From: Polyangiaceae bacterium
GTDB taxonomy: Bacteria > Myxococcota_A > Polyangia > Polyangiales > Polyangiaceae
Length of the DNA stretch: 64,000 nucleotides
Direction: 5' to 3'
Assembly (NCBI GenBank): GCA_033763455.1
Contig: JANRKO010000043.1
Coordinates: 64,001-128,000 of the forward strand
In this document: positions 51,247 through 60,236 of the stretch, in pieces
Numbering within the stretch: position 1 is the stretch's first letter
Layout of the letters: each line of letters starts with the position of its first letter
Made by a program: the position numbers and the translations under genes
The notes under the pieces: model-generated
Databases searched by the model: none
What the model was told of the DNA's origin: nothing
The model's input: only the letters and a program-made list of their open reading frames with translations

Positions 51247-52035
51247 ATGCGAAACGCCGCCAAAATCGCCGTGATTGTGCCGGCTTTCAACGAGGAGCGC
51301 CTCATCCGGCGGACGCTTTCTGGGATGCCTCCGTGGGTGGACGCGATTATTGTCGTAGACGATGCGAGTCAGGATCAGACGCGGCATCAGGTAGCCAAAG
51401 TCACTGACCGACGCGTGCAATTGGTAGTGCACGAACGCAACTTGGGCGTGGGGGCAGCAATCGCCACAGGGTACCGGCGAGCACTGCGGGAGAGCATGGA
51501 TGTGATGGTTGTCATGGCGGGCGACAACCAAATGGATCCGGATGACCTGGGGCTCGTAGTGGGGCCCATTTTGGATAAGCAAGCCGATTACGTGAAAGGT
51601 AATCGCTTCGTTCACCCCGAGGTTCGCCGTATGCCTTGGTTAAGGCGTCTGGGCGGGCGGTATTTGTCTGCGCTCACACGCCTCACCACTGGCCTTCCAG
51701 TTCATGATGCGCAGTGTGGCTACACGGCGCTTGGGCGGAGCATGTTGGAGCGTTTGCCGCTTGAAAGCCTATGGCCCAGCTTCGGGTACCCGAATGATCT
51801 TCTCGCGCTCTTGGCGGGGGCTGGGGCCAAGGTGGCGGAAGTGCCCGTGCGCCCGGTCTACGCTGAAGAACGGAGTGGGATCCGCGCTTGGCATGTTTTG
51901 ACAATCACGCGTGTGATTTTGAGCCGTTGGTTTGCAGCCCGTCGCCGCTCTTCACTTCACCGAAACGTGAACGTGCGTGCTCTCGTAATAAACCCAGTCG
52001 AAACCTGCGGTGACAGCGAGCCCCGCCAGGCGTGA
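51247..52035 (+). CDS. GT2 glycosyltransferase
   Basis: VPAFNEE, VDDASQD, NLGVGAAI, GDNQMDP, KGNRF and DAQCGY. Confidence 0.9.
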   Translation: MRNAAKIAVIVPAFNEERLIRRTLSGMPPWVDAIIVVDDASQDQTRHQVAKVTDRRVQLVVHERNLGVGAAIATGYRRALRESMDVMVVMAGDNQMDPDDLGLVVGPILDKQADYVKGNRFVHPEVRRMPWLRRLGGRYLSALTRLTTGLPVHDAQCGYTALGRSMLERLPLESLWPSFGYPNDLLALLAGAGAKVAEVPVRPVYAEERSGIRAWHVLTITRVILSRWFAARRRSSLHRNVNVRALVINPVETCGDSEPRQA

Positions 52036-52542
52036 AAGTTTGCTGTTGGAGACGTCGGAAGTGGTCACATCGGCGGCGCGTCCTGCATAGTGCAGGCTCC
52101 CCGTGCCGTGTTCCAATTGCTCGTCCCATGCCTCGGTGATACGCAGTTTGGTACCGGGCCACTCCTCGGCGACCTTCTCAGAAAGAAGGGCCAACTTCTC
52201 GCGCAAGCGCGGAGACATCACCAGATCGGCCCCCGTTCTTTCCTCGTCCTTGAAAACCCATGCCTCTCGATCGCCTCGCACCAAGCGCTTGAAGGATTCG
52301 GAACCGCGCTCGACTCGCTCCAGCAACGGCCCTGAGGCTTCTCTCTCGGACGTGGCTGGGAAAAATTGCCCAGGGAGCAAGCGGCGCTGCTGATCGCGAC
52401 GGGCCGAGAGGCTCGGACCATCACCCGAATCACAGCCGGCAGCACTCAGCCCAAAACTGGCCACAGACAGCGCAAGCAATCCCCATCCGCACAAAAGTTT
52501 CGGGCGTGGAATTGCTGGAAATACTCGCCAAAGAACGGGCAT
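51952..52542 (-). CDS. Hedgehog N-terminal signalling-domain (HH_signal) lipoprotein
   Basis: FKDEERTGAD, WPGTKLRITEAWDE, SLHYAGRAADVTTSD and LAVTAGFDWVYYESTHVHVSVK match Shh-N motifs; lipobox-like AAGC; start at ATG 52542 (alternative TTG 52584). Confidence 0.92.
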   Translation of the reverse strand: MPVLWRVFPAIPRPKLLCGWGLLALSVASFGLSAAGCDSGDGPSLSARRDQQRRLLPGQFFPATSEREASGPLLERVERGSESFKRLVRGDREAWVFKDEERTGADLVMSPRLREKLALLSEKVAEEWPGTKLRITEAWDEQLEHGTGSLHYAGRAADVTTSDVSNSKLSRLAGLAVTAGFDWVYYESTHVHVSVK

Positions 52543-52612
52543 GGGTGCCAGACATCCTAGGCAGAGTGGGCCCAAGAGCGCCAAGTTTTTGGGCCAAATT
52601 CTCAGCCGTTAC

Positions 52613-53887
52613 TTATCTGTTGGTTTGGGTCGCGGCCCCACCTTGACTCGGCGCCTCGGGTTCGCTGCCGATGTCAACGGGGCCGAGAGATTCAGGTGCC
52701 GCGGACTCTTGCCCTTCCTTGGCTCGGTTGGCCGAAGGGGCCTCTTGCACGTCGCGAGAATCCTCAGCGCGCAGTTGGTCCCAGCCATCGGCCGTCTGTG
52801 AGTCACATGCCACCTGTGCGTGGGGATTGTACTTTAGCAAATCAAAGACAATGGGACCAAAGCGACTCTCAGCTGAGATGCGCACAGGCACGTGGCGTGG
52901 ATCGTCCGAGAACCAAATCTGAAACTTGCGACGCTCCCGTGAGGGATCGGCACCCTGACCGACACGCACAGCATCCCCGTCCACACGTACCGCGGGGCGA
53001 GGGGCCCCATCTATCACCACCACATCCATGCCTCGAAAGACCATGTTTGCGCGCAGCAAGAATCTCCCAGAAACGACGTAAAAATAGCCCTGCTCACCCA
53101 CCTTCGGACGCCAGGAACGTAAGAGCAGTATAGCGCTCTGCAAGTCGTGCGCGGCGGCGCCGTCCGGAACGTCGATTGTGTCCTCACGGACTTCTGAGGT
53201 GTGCTTCTTGTTAACGTAGTGGAAAGCGCCTGGAGAAAAATCGAGATTATAAGATACCTCGGAGCCGCTGTCAGTCACGGCGAGCAAGCTCTTCTTGGGG
53301 GTCGCACTCTCCGCATCAACCGTGGTGCTGGCTTCGGCTTTGATGCTCTTTACCAATCGCAACAAGCCGCTCGTGCGCATACTAGTGGTGAGCTTCAAGC
53401 TGCCTTCACCGCTTGGGCAGTTGCCGACGTTGAACGCCTCAAGTTGCCCGACCGTCATGCCGAGCAAATCGAACCTCGCCAAGAGACGCTCCGAGCGCGT
53501 CAGCCGCAGGGTGTTTTGGTCGAACTGGATGAGCGTACTTTTGGGGTTTTGGACTGGCGCCGTGCTCTCCCAAGTCTGGCCAGCGCACCCGCACACTAGC
53601 GCCGCAAGGCCCAACACGTTGGCAAAAAGTCCCCGACGCACGATGGCCGAAGGGTGAGGCTTTTCGGGTGATTTGGCAATCTCGGGGTCGAGCCACGGCA
53701 GCCGGTCTGGAATCACGCTCGGTCCGCCCACGTCGGAATCGCCTTGTGGGCGCATAAGAGCTACACTGCAATTTGTGCTCGCTAAGCTGTTGGCCGGGGC
53801 TTTCGGCCTCATTTTCGTTGGCAAGATGTTTTTCAAGCCACAGCTGAAAGCCGTGGGGCGCTGGTTAGAGGCTGCTGTAAACGCCAT
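52613..53887 (-). CDS. DUF3108-like exported protein
   Basis: DLQSAILLLRS and IWFSDDPRHVPVRI...FGPI motifs; lipobox-like VCGC; true start probably downstream of 53887. Confidence 0.7.
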   Translation of the reverse strand: MAFTAASNQRPTAFSCGLKNILPTKMRPKAPANSLASTNCSVALMRPQGDSDVGGPSVIPDRLPWLDPEIAKSPEKPHPSAIVRRGLFANVLGLAALVCGCAGQTWESTAPVQNPKSTLIQFDQNTLRLTRSERLLARFDLLGMTVGQLEAFNVGNCPSGEGSLKLTTSMRTSGLLRLVKSIKAEASTTVDAESATPKKSLLAVTDSGSEVSYNLDFSPGAFHYVNKKHTSEVREDTIDVPDGAAAHDLQSAILLLRSWRPKVGEQGYFYVVSGRFLLRANMVFRGMDVVVIDGAPRPAVRVDGDAVRVGQGADPSRERRKFQIWFSDDPRHVPVRISAESRFGPIVFDLLKYNPHAQVACDSQTADGWDQLRAEDSRDVQEAPSANRAKEGQESAAPESLGPVDIGSEPEAPSQGGAATQTNR

Positions 53888-54010
53888 GTTGATCGCGATC
53901 GCCCTCGTTTGGACGGTTCAACTGTTGCTCTACTTTTTGCGCAGCTAAATTCCCCCCTAGGGCTCGCTCGGCGCCCGTTCACGGGGTTTTCTCGCCTTGG
54001 GTAATGCGGC

Positions 54011-57000
54011 GTGCTGGCCGTCCGTAAGGATCTTGAGAGATCCATGGACGACCGCGGGAAATCCAAGAGCACGGGTCAGCCCGGCGAAGTCCCCAAGCTG
54101 AGTCGTGTGGAACCGCCAGCGCCCAAGACCAATCTTGGTCTGGGTCTGCCCCCCAAACTCGCCGCCGCATCCCTTTCGGGAGCCAAGGCGACGCCGACTT
54201 CGGCAGCTGGTGCCCCCCCGAAGCTGAGTGACTTGCTCAAGGGAAGTCCAAAGCCAGGTTCACCGCAGATGCAGAAGGCGAGTCGGGTCACCAGGCCTGT
54301 CGCTGAGCCGAAGCCAGTCGCGGAGGCGCCTAAGGTTACGGTCGGGCAAGCGAAGGTAATCGCGGAGGCGCCTAAGGTTGTGGTTGAAGCGCCTAAGAGA
54401 CATACTCAGGCTAACGCCTCACGCCCAGCCGCTTCCGTGTTTGGCAAACCGATCCCACCGCGTGCGCACTCCGTGCCCCCTAGGCCACAGACAGAGCCAG
54501 CCGTCCTCGCAGTGGGAAGCGATGACGCCATCTTGGTGGCGTTAAAAGCAGCTCTGGCACGTCACGGCGTGTTTGTCGAATCGGCCGAAGCGGGATCGGT
54601 GGTGGAAACGGTGATTGCTGCCGCACCTGACCTCATCCTGTTGCTTGGGGATGCCGCCAAAGACTGCGGGCGTGCAACGCTAGAGAAGCTCAGTGCTTCC
54701 CCGCAGAGTTCGGTCGTACCAGTGGCGATCATGGACGACAACATGGCGCTGGACGCCAGGCTGCAGGCGTTCCGTTACGGGGTTACGGCGGTAATACCCA
54801 GATCTGCAAGCATTGACGCGATCGCCGAGAAAGTTGCGCGCTTAGCCAAGGAGATCCCTTACCGCGGGACGGATAGCCCCGAGATGGTTGGTGAATCCAC
54901 GCTTGAAGAGTTCGTTGCTGCCCTGAGCTCGGAGCTCCGGACAGGGATCTTGAGCGTCGGCGGAGCGGAGACGCCCCCCGACCAGGCGATCCGTTTGGTA
55001 CTTGGCGGCGGTAAGCTTCTTGCGGAGTTTGTGGACGATTTTGTGAAGCGCGTTCGCACGCATGTGGTCTCGGCCGAGCCGCTTACGTACGAGTTCGACG
55101 AACGCGCTGGGGGAACGCTCGGACTGCTTGGGAGCGATTCGAAGGCTAAGCTGCCCGTGAGTGTCAAAGGCCTACGTCTGGCTTTGGCCGATAACGATGC
55201 GGCCCGCGCAGACACGGTGGCGCAGGAGTTGCGAAGCCACGGTGCGCAAGTTTTCGTTATCGATCTTTCTCCCAGCGAAGCGAGGCTTTCCAAGCTCAGG
55301 CAGCTAGATCCAGCGGTGCTTCTGATCGGAGAAAACCATCTAACGGGTGAAGGCCATGAGCTTGTCCGACGTATGCGCCGGGACGCGAGGTTGCGCTGGG
55401 CGTCATTGTTGGTGCTGCGTTGGGACGAGCTATTTGCCGATCCCCATGAAATGCCCATCGTAGAGAGGCTTTCGAGTTCCCTCGCGACGCTGGTGGAGCC
55501 GGAGCGGTCCTTGCTTGAACGTGCCAACAGCGGGTTGGGTTTTGATACGCGGTTGGAGACCACTGGCCCCGCTCGCTTGTTGCGTGGGCTGAAGGGTTGC
55601 TCGCAACTCCTGCGGCTAAATATTAACAATCCCCGTATCAACGTGGCGTTGGATGTTGCCGAGGGGCTCATCGTTGGAGCAAGCGCCGTCGTCATGAGTC
55701 CGGTTCCAGCTCAGCTTTCGGGGCCATTAGCCCTGGCCGCGTACTTAGTGCTGGGCTCGGGTCGGGTGCACGTAGAGCGAGCTGCTGCCGCCGCCGACGC
55801 AAACATCATGGCCACCATTGATGTGGCGTTGGACTTGGCGGAGGCGGAAACTCCGCCAATCTCGCCTTCGATTCCGGCGCCCGCGCGAGCCGTCGAACCG
55901 GTTGCAACCCCTTCGGTGCCCCCTCTGGGGAAGCTGCCGGTATTCGACGTCCCCGATCCGCCGCCCATGCCGGTATCTATGGCCGCGCCCGTGCGCGAAC
56001 GTCCACCACCGCCGAGTGCGCAGGCACAGGTTCCTTCCGTCATCGTGGCGAGCGCGGTCAACGTCGATCCTTCCCTCGACCAGGAATTTCGGCGCGAGAG
56101 TCCTGGTCGCAATCAGCGGAAACCGGAGGCGCGCATTGGCTGGCAAATGGGGGTTCTCTGGTCAGTTTTGGGGGTGGTGCAGTTAGCCTTGGCCGCGGGG
56201 GTCGTATTGGCAGTGGTGCGAGTAATGCGCGGTTCATCGCCTGCCGCCGCCGCGAGCGTCGCTGTCGTCGAAAAGGCCACCGTAGGTGCTGCTGTGCAAC
56301 CCCCGAAGGGTCCCGAGCCCACCGAAGTACAACCACAGCCCTCCGTCGCGTCGGCTGCGCTTGGGCAACCCCCGTCAAAGCAAGATCCCGAACCTCCTCC
56401 GCCCGCGCAAGTGGCGGAAGCGAAGTCGGAGCTCATGTTCCCAAGGGCCGTACAGGCTCCCACCTGCGAGTTTTTGCTTGAGCACGCCGAGGCGCCACGA
56501 GGCGGCTTTTCTAAGGATTCCAGTGTCGCGTTGGGTGAGGGGCACAAGGCGCTCGTGAAGGGCAATGTCGACGCGGCGCAGACGGCGTTCTGCCGGGCAG
56601 CCATGTTGGACGCCGCCAACCCCAGAGTGCAGCTTGCTCTTGCACAGCTGCTGATTCTGCGCGGCGACGGAACGCAAGGTGAGGCAGTAGCGAGTCGAGC
56701 GTTGGCGCTGCACGGCGAAACGGCCCGCGCCAAGGGGCTCCTCGGAGACGCTCTTATAATCCGCGGAGATCTTGATGGCGCACGCGCTGCCTGGTTGGAT
56801 GCTGCCGGCCTGACAGCAAGTGACGCGGCGGCCATTCAGAAGCTTACGGAGCGAGCGCTGTGGGAAGGGGAGGCATCCGTGCGCAACAAGGACTACGCTC
56901 GCTCGGAGCGCTTTTTCTGGCGTATGTTGGCCTTTTTTCGCGACGATCCAGATGCCAATCTTGGCATGGCCCGAACCTACCTCTACCGCGGCGACCTAGA

Positions 57001-57196
57001 GCGAGCCCTCAGCTGGGCACGGCGCAGCGTGCGGCTGAGCCCCGATGCCCCACGCGCCCGAGTTGTGCTCGGTGACGTACTTTTGCGTTCGGGCGACGCA
57101 AAAGCTGCAATCTTGGAGTGGCAAGCGGCACAAAGGATAGACCCCAAGAGCCTCGAAGCGAAGGCTCGCTTGGAGTCCGCAAACAAACTGAAGTAA
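54011..57196 (+). CDS. large membrane protein: Pro-rich region, receiver-like domains, TM segment and TPRs
   Basis: AAAPDLILL and LDPAVLLI receiver-like segments, one TM, multiple TPR-like helices. Confidence 0.75.
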   Translation: MLAVRKDLERSMDDRGKSKSTGQPGEVPKLSRVEPPAPKTNLGLGLPPKLAAASLSGAKATPTSAAGAPPKLSDLLKGSPKPGSPQMQKASRVTRPVAEPKPVAEAPKVTVGQAKVIAEAPKVVVEAPKRHTQANASRPAASVFGKPIPPRAHSVPPRPQTEPAVLAVGSDDAILVALKAALARHGVFVESAEAGSVVETVIAAAPDLILLLGDAAKDCGRATLEKLSASPQSSVVPVAIMDDNMALDARLQAFRYGVTAVIPRSASIDAIAEKVARLAKEIPYRGTDSPEMVGESTLEEFVAALSSELRTGILSVGGAETPPDQAIRLVLGGGKLLAEFVDDFVKRVRTHVVSAEPLTYEFDERAGGTLGLLGSDSKAKLPVSVKGLRLALADNDAARADTVAQELRSHGAQVFVIDLSPSEARLSKLRQLDPAVLLIGENHLTGEGHELVRRMRRDARLRWASLLVLRWDELFADPHEMPIVERLSSSLATLVEPERSLLERANSGLGFDTRLETTGPARLLRGLKGCSQLLRLNINNPRINVALDVAEGLIVGASAVVMSPVPAQLSGPLALAAYLVLGSGRVHVERAAAAADANIMATIDVALDLAEAETPPISPSIPAPARAVEPVATPSVPPLGKLPVFDVPDPPPMPVSMAAPVRERPPPPSAQAQVPSVIVASAVNVDPSLDQEFRRESPGRNQRKPEARIGWQMGVLWSVLGVVQLALAAGVVLAVVRVMRGSSPAAAASVAVVEKATVGAAVQPPKGPEPTEVQPQPSVASAALGQPPSKQDPEPPPPAQVAEAKSELMFPRAVQAPTCEFLLEHAEAPRGGFSKDSSVALGEGHKALVKGNVDAAQTAFCRAAMLDAANPRVQLALAQLLILRGDGTQGEAVASRALALHGETARAKGLLGDALIIRGDLDGARAAWLDAAGLTASDAAAIQKLTERALWEGEASVRNKDYARSERFFWRMLAFFRDDPDANLGMARTYLYRGDLERALSWARRSVRLSPDAPRARVVLGDVLLRSGDAKAAILEWQAAQRIDPKSLEAKARLESANKLK

Positions 57197-57206
57197 GACC
57201 CGTGGC

Positions 57207-59729
57207 ATGAGCCACGAAAGTGTTGAGCGCATTACCTCCAAGGAGCGTTCTGGCGCAGGTGTTGAGGCAAAGATCTCCGAGCTTATCTCCAAGCTAACGC
57301 TGGAAGAGAAGCTCGGCTTAGTCCACGCCAACTCCAAGTTTACGATCGCCCCGATCCCGAGGTTCGGTATCCCAGAATTCACAATGTCCGACGGGCCTCA
57401 CGGGGTGCGCCGCGAGGTCGCCAGAGATAGCTGGGCTTTTGTGGAGGGGTGGGACGACCTTTGCACCTATCTGCCCACCGGCACTGCGCAAGCTGCTACC
57501 TGGAACCGGGAATGTTCGAAGAAGGCCGGAAGGGTGCTGGGTGCCGAGTCGCGTGCACGCGGCAAGGATGTCATCTTGGGGCCGGGATTCAACATGATCC
57601 GCTATCCTCTGTGTGGCCGAAATTTCGAGTATTACACTGAGGACCCGTATTTGGCAGCCGAGCTTGCGGTGCCAGCTGTGCAAGCTATTCAAGCGGAAGA
57701 TACAGCCGCTTGTGTTAAGCACTACGCCTGCAATAGCCAGGAGCTGAATCGCATGAAGGTGAACGCTCGCTTGGACGAGCGTGCGCTGCGAGAACTCTAT
57801 TTGCCAGCTTTTGAAGCTGCTACGAGCGTTGGTGGCAGCCTCACGGTGATGGGCGCCTACAATCAAGTACGCGGTCAGCAGGCGTGCCATCATAAGTACT
57901 TGGTGTGCGATGTGCTCAAGCGCGAATGGGGCTTTTCAGGCGCCTACATCTCCGATTGGGCGGGTGCTACCAATACCCATGAATCGGTGCACTGTGGGCT
58001 TGATATCGAAATGGGCACCTGGGCGGATTTCGAGGACTACTACCTAGCGAAGCCGTACCGGGACGGCATTGTTCGGGGCATCTATGGAACCTTGGAGCTT
58101 GACGACAAAGTGGCACGCGTGCTGCGCGTCATGTTTGCGGTGGGGCTGTTCGATCCTGCTCGCAAACCCGGCTCCAGAAATACGGAAGAGCATCAGCGCG
58201 TTGCGTACGAGATTGCGGCCGAAGCGGTAGTTCTGCTGAAGAACGAAGGAGAGCTTCTGCCATTTCCCAAGTCAATTCGAACGCTCGCAGTGATTGGCGA
58301 CAATGCTGACCGCCTGCACGCCGAAGGAGGTAATAGCTCCGGGGTCCGACCCGTTTATGAGGTGACGCCACTTGAAGGCCTAAGAAATCGCCTCGGGGAA
58401 TCGGTTGAGATCGTTCACTTGCGTGGCTATCCGGATGCGGGGTTTGCGTTTGAAAGTATTCCTTCGACGGCTCTTGTCTCGGCACATGCCGGCTCGGGTG
58501 TGAAGGGCTGGGAAAAGCTCGGCTATGCGAATGCGTCCCTCGAAGGCGCCCCCGTCTTGCAGGGCTTCGTGGATGACGTGCATGCCGTCTTCAGGGATGA
58601 AGAGCTACCGCAAGGTATGTTGGCGAGCCACATGAGCATGGCCTACACGGCTGAGATCCAAGTGTCGGAAGCCGGGGCTTATACGTTCGCTGCGTTAACC
58701 GACGGAGCTGTTCGTTTCTATGTGAACGATGCCTTGCTGTTCGAAACCGAGCAGGAAGAAAAGGAGCGTTCGCTTTCGGCACCCATCGAGCTTTTGGCCC
58801 AGGTTCCCTATAAGCTAAGGCTCGAATATCGTGCATTTGAGGCGGCCAGGAAGGTCCAGCTCGGGTGGCAGCCACCGGGGCAGAGCGCACGCCCGGTCGA
58901 CGGCGGGCTGGAAGCAGCAGTTGCTCTCGCCAAACGAGCTGATGCCGTCGTTATTTTTGGTGGCCTGAATCACTTTCATGACACGGAGGGCAAAGATCGC
59001 AGCGACTACGGCTTGCCCGGTGGGCAAGATCAGCTCATCTCGAAGGTTCTCGCGAGCAATCCCAACACTGCGGTCGTCTTGATCGCGGGCTCACCCGTGG
59101 CCATGCCGTGGCTGGCCGAGGCTCGGAGTGTGTTGTGGGGCTGGTACGGAGGGATGGAGATAGGTAACGTGCTAGCCGACATATTGTTCGGGGATGTGAA
59201 CCCCTCCGGCAAGCTTCCTTTCTCGATTCCGAAACGGCTGGCTGATAATCCGGTCACGGCACTCAATGATTACCGCGAAGACGCGTGCGACTATCCGGAA
59301 GGCGTGCTCATGGGTTACCGTTGGTACGACGCGCAAGGCATAGAACCCCTCTTCGCGTTCGGTCATGGCGAGAGCTTCACGACATTCGCTCTGAGTGATC
59401 TCAAGGTCTCCAAGCGTGGCGCGCACCAGGCCAAAGTAAGCGTATCGGTGACCAATTCGGGCAAGCGTGCGGGCGCTGAGGTGGTACAGCTCTACGTGGA
59501 AGACGTGGTGTCGACCGTGCGCAGGCCACCCCGAGAGCTGAAGGGCTTTCAGAAAGTTTGGCTGCAGCCGGGGGAAGTTAAAACGGTCGAATTTGAGCTC
59601 AATCATCGAGCTTTCGCGTTCTGGGACGATGCCGTGCCTGGCTGGAAGGTCGAGCCGGGCGAGTTTCGGGTCCACGTGGGCCAGAGCAGTCGAAAGCTGC
59701 CGCTCGTGGGCAGCCTAGTGTTGGACTAA
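57207..59729 (+). CDS. GH3 beta-glucosidase with PA14 and Fn3 domains
   Basis: SDGPHGVR, GRNFEYYTEDP, KHYACN, ISDW, VLLKNE and GAEVVQLYV. Confidence 0.95.
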   Translation: MSHESVERITSKERSGAGVEAKISELISKLTLEEKLGLVHANSKFTIAPIPRFGIPEFTMSDGPHGVRREVARDSWAFVEGWDDLCTYLPTGTAQAATWNRECSKKAGRVLGAESRARGKDVILGPGFNMIRYPLCGRNFEYYTEDPYLAAELAVPAVQAIQAEDTAACVKHYACNSQELNRMKVNARLDERALRELYLPAFEAATSVGGSLTVMGAYNQVRGQQACHHKYLVCDVLKREWGFSGAYISDWAGATNTHESVHCGLDIEMGTWADFEDYYLAKPYRDGIVRGIYGTLELDDKVARVLRVMFAVGLFDPARKPGSRNTEEHQRVAYEIAAEAVVLLKNEGELLPFPKSIRTLAVIGDNADRLHAEGGNSSGVRPVYEVTPLEGLRNRLGESVEIVHLRGYPDAGFAFESIPSTALVSAHAGSGVKGWEKLGYANASLEGAPVLQGFVDDVHAVFRDEELPQGMLASHMSMAYTAEIQVSEAGAYTFAALTDGAVRFYVNDALLFETEQEEKERSLSAPIELLAQVPYKLRLEYRAFEAARKVQLGWQPPGQSARPVDGGLEAAVALAKRADAVVIFGGLNHFHDTEGKDRSDYGLPGGQDQLISKVLASNPNTAVVLIAGSPVAMPWLAEARSVLWGWYGGMEIGNVLADILFGDVNPSGKLPFSIPKRLADNPVTALNDYREDACDYPEGVLMGYRWYDAQGIEPLFAFGHGESFTTFALSDLKVSKRGAHQAKVSVSVTNSGKRAGAEVVQLYVEDVVSTVRRPPRELKGFQKVWLQPGEVKTVEFELNHRAFAFWDDAVPGWKVEPGEFRVHVGQSSRKLPLVGSLVLD

Positions 59730-59747
59730 CCGTCGCCTGGGGGGGCC

Positions 59748-60236
59748 TTGCCAAGCTCTGGGTCTGGGCAGGTCGTGGGAAAGTGTTACCTTCTCCCGGT
59801 GTCCGCCGCCGAACCCCCTAGTGAGCCTTCACTCTTTGAGCAGCTAGGGGGAGAGCCCGAGCTGCGGCGGATCGTTACGCGCTTTGTGGATCGCGTGATG
59901 GGCGATGTGATGATTGGGTTTTTCTTTGCGCGGGTCGATCGCTCACGCCTTATCCAAAGGGAGCTTGAATTTTCAGCGCGTCACTTGGGAGCGGATATTC
60001 CCTACACTGGCCGTACCATGCCGGCCGCCCACGCGCCGCATCACATCATGGGGGCGCACTTCATGCGTCGACTACAGATCCTCAAGGAAACGCTGAAAGA
60101 GTTACAGGTTTCACCGCACATCGCTCAGCACTGGATCGATCACACCATGAAGCTTCTTCCTCAGATCACTACCCATCCTGCGTCCGAGTGCGCGGCACCG
60201 CTTCCGGCGGGTGAAGTTTCGGAGAAGGTGTTGTGA
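59748..60236 (+). CDS. group I truncated hemoglobin
   Basis: SLFEQLGG, FVDRV..D..IGFFF and YTGRTM..AH; start uncertain. Confidence 0.82.
   Translation: MPSSGSGQVVGKCYLLPVSAAEPPSEPSLFEQLGGEPELRRIVTRFVDRVMGDVMIGFFFARVDRSRLIQRELEFSARHLGADIPYTGRTMPAAHAPHHIMGAHFMRRLQILKETLKELQVSPHIAQHWIDHTMKLLPQITTHPASECAAPLPAGEVSEKVL

Noticed and set aside
51700..51951. Hint/Hog autoprocessing domain downstream of the Hedgehog domain
   Set aside because: The ORF stops at VSVK, and the downstream DNA is the GT2 gene on the other strand
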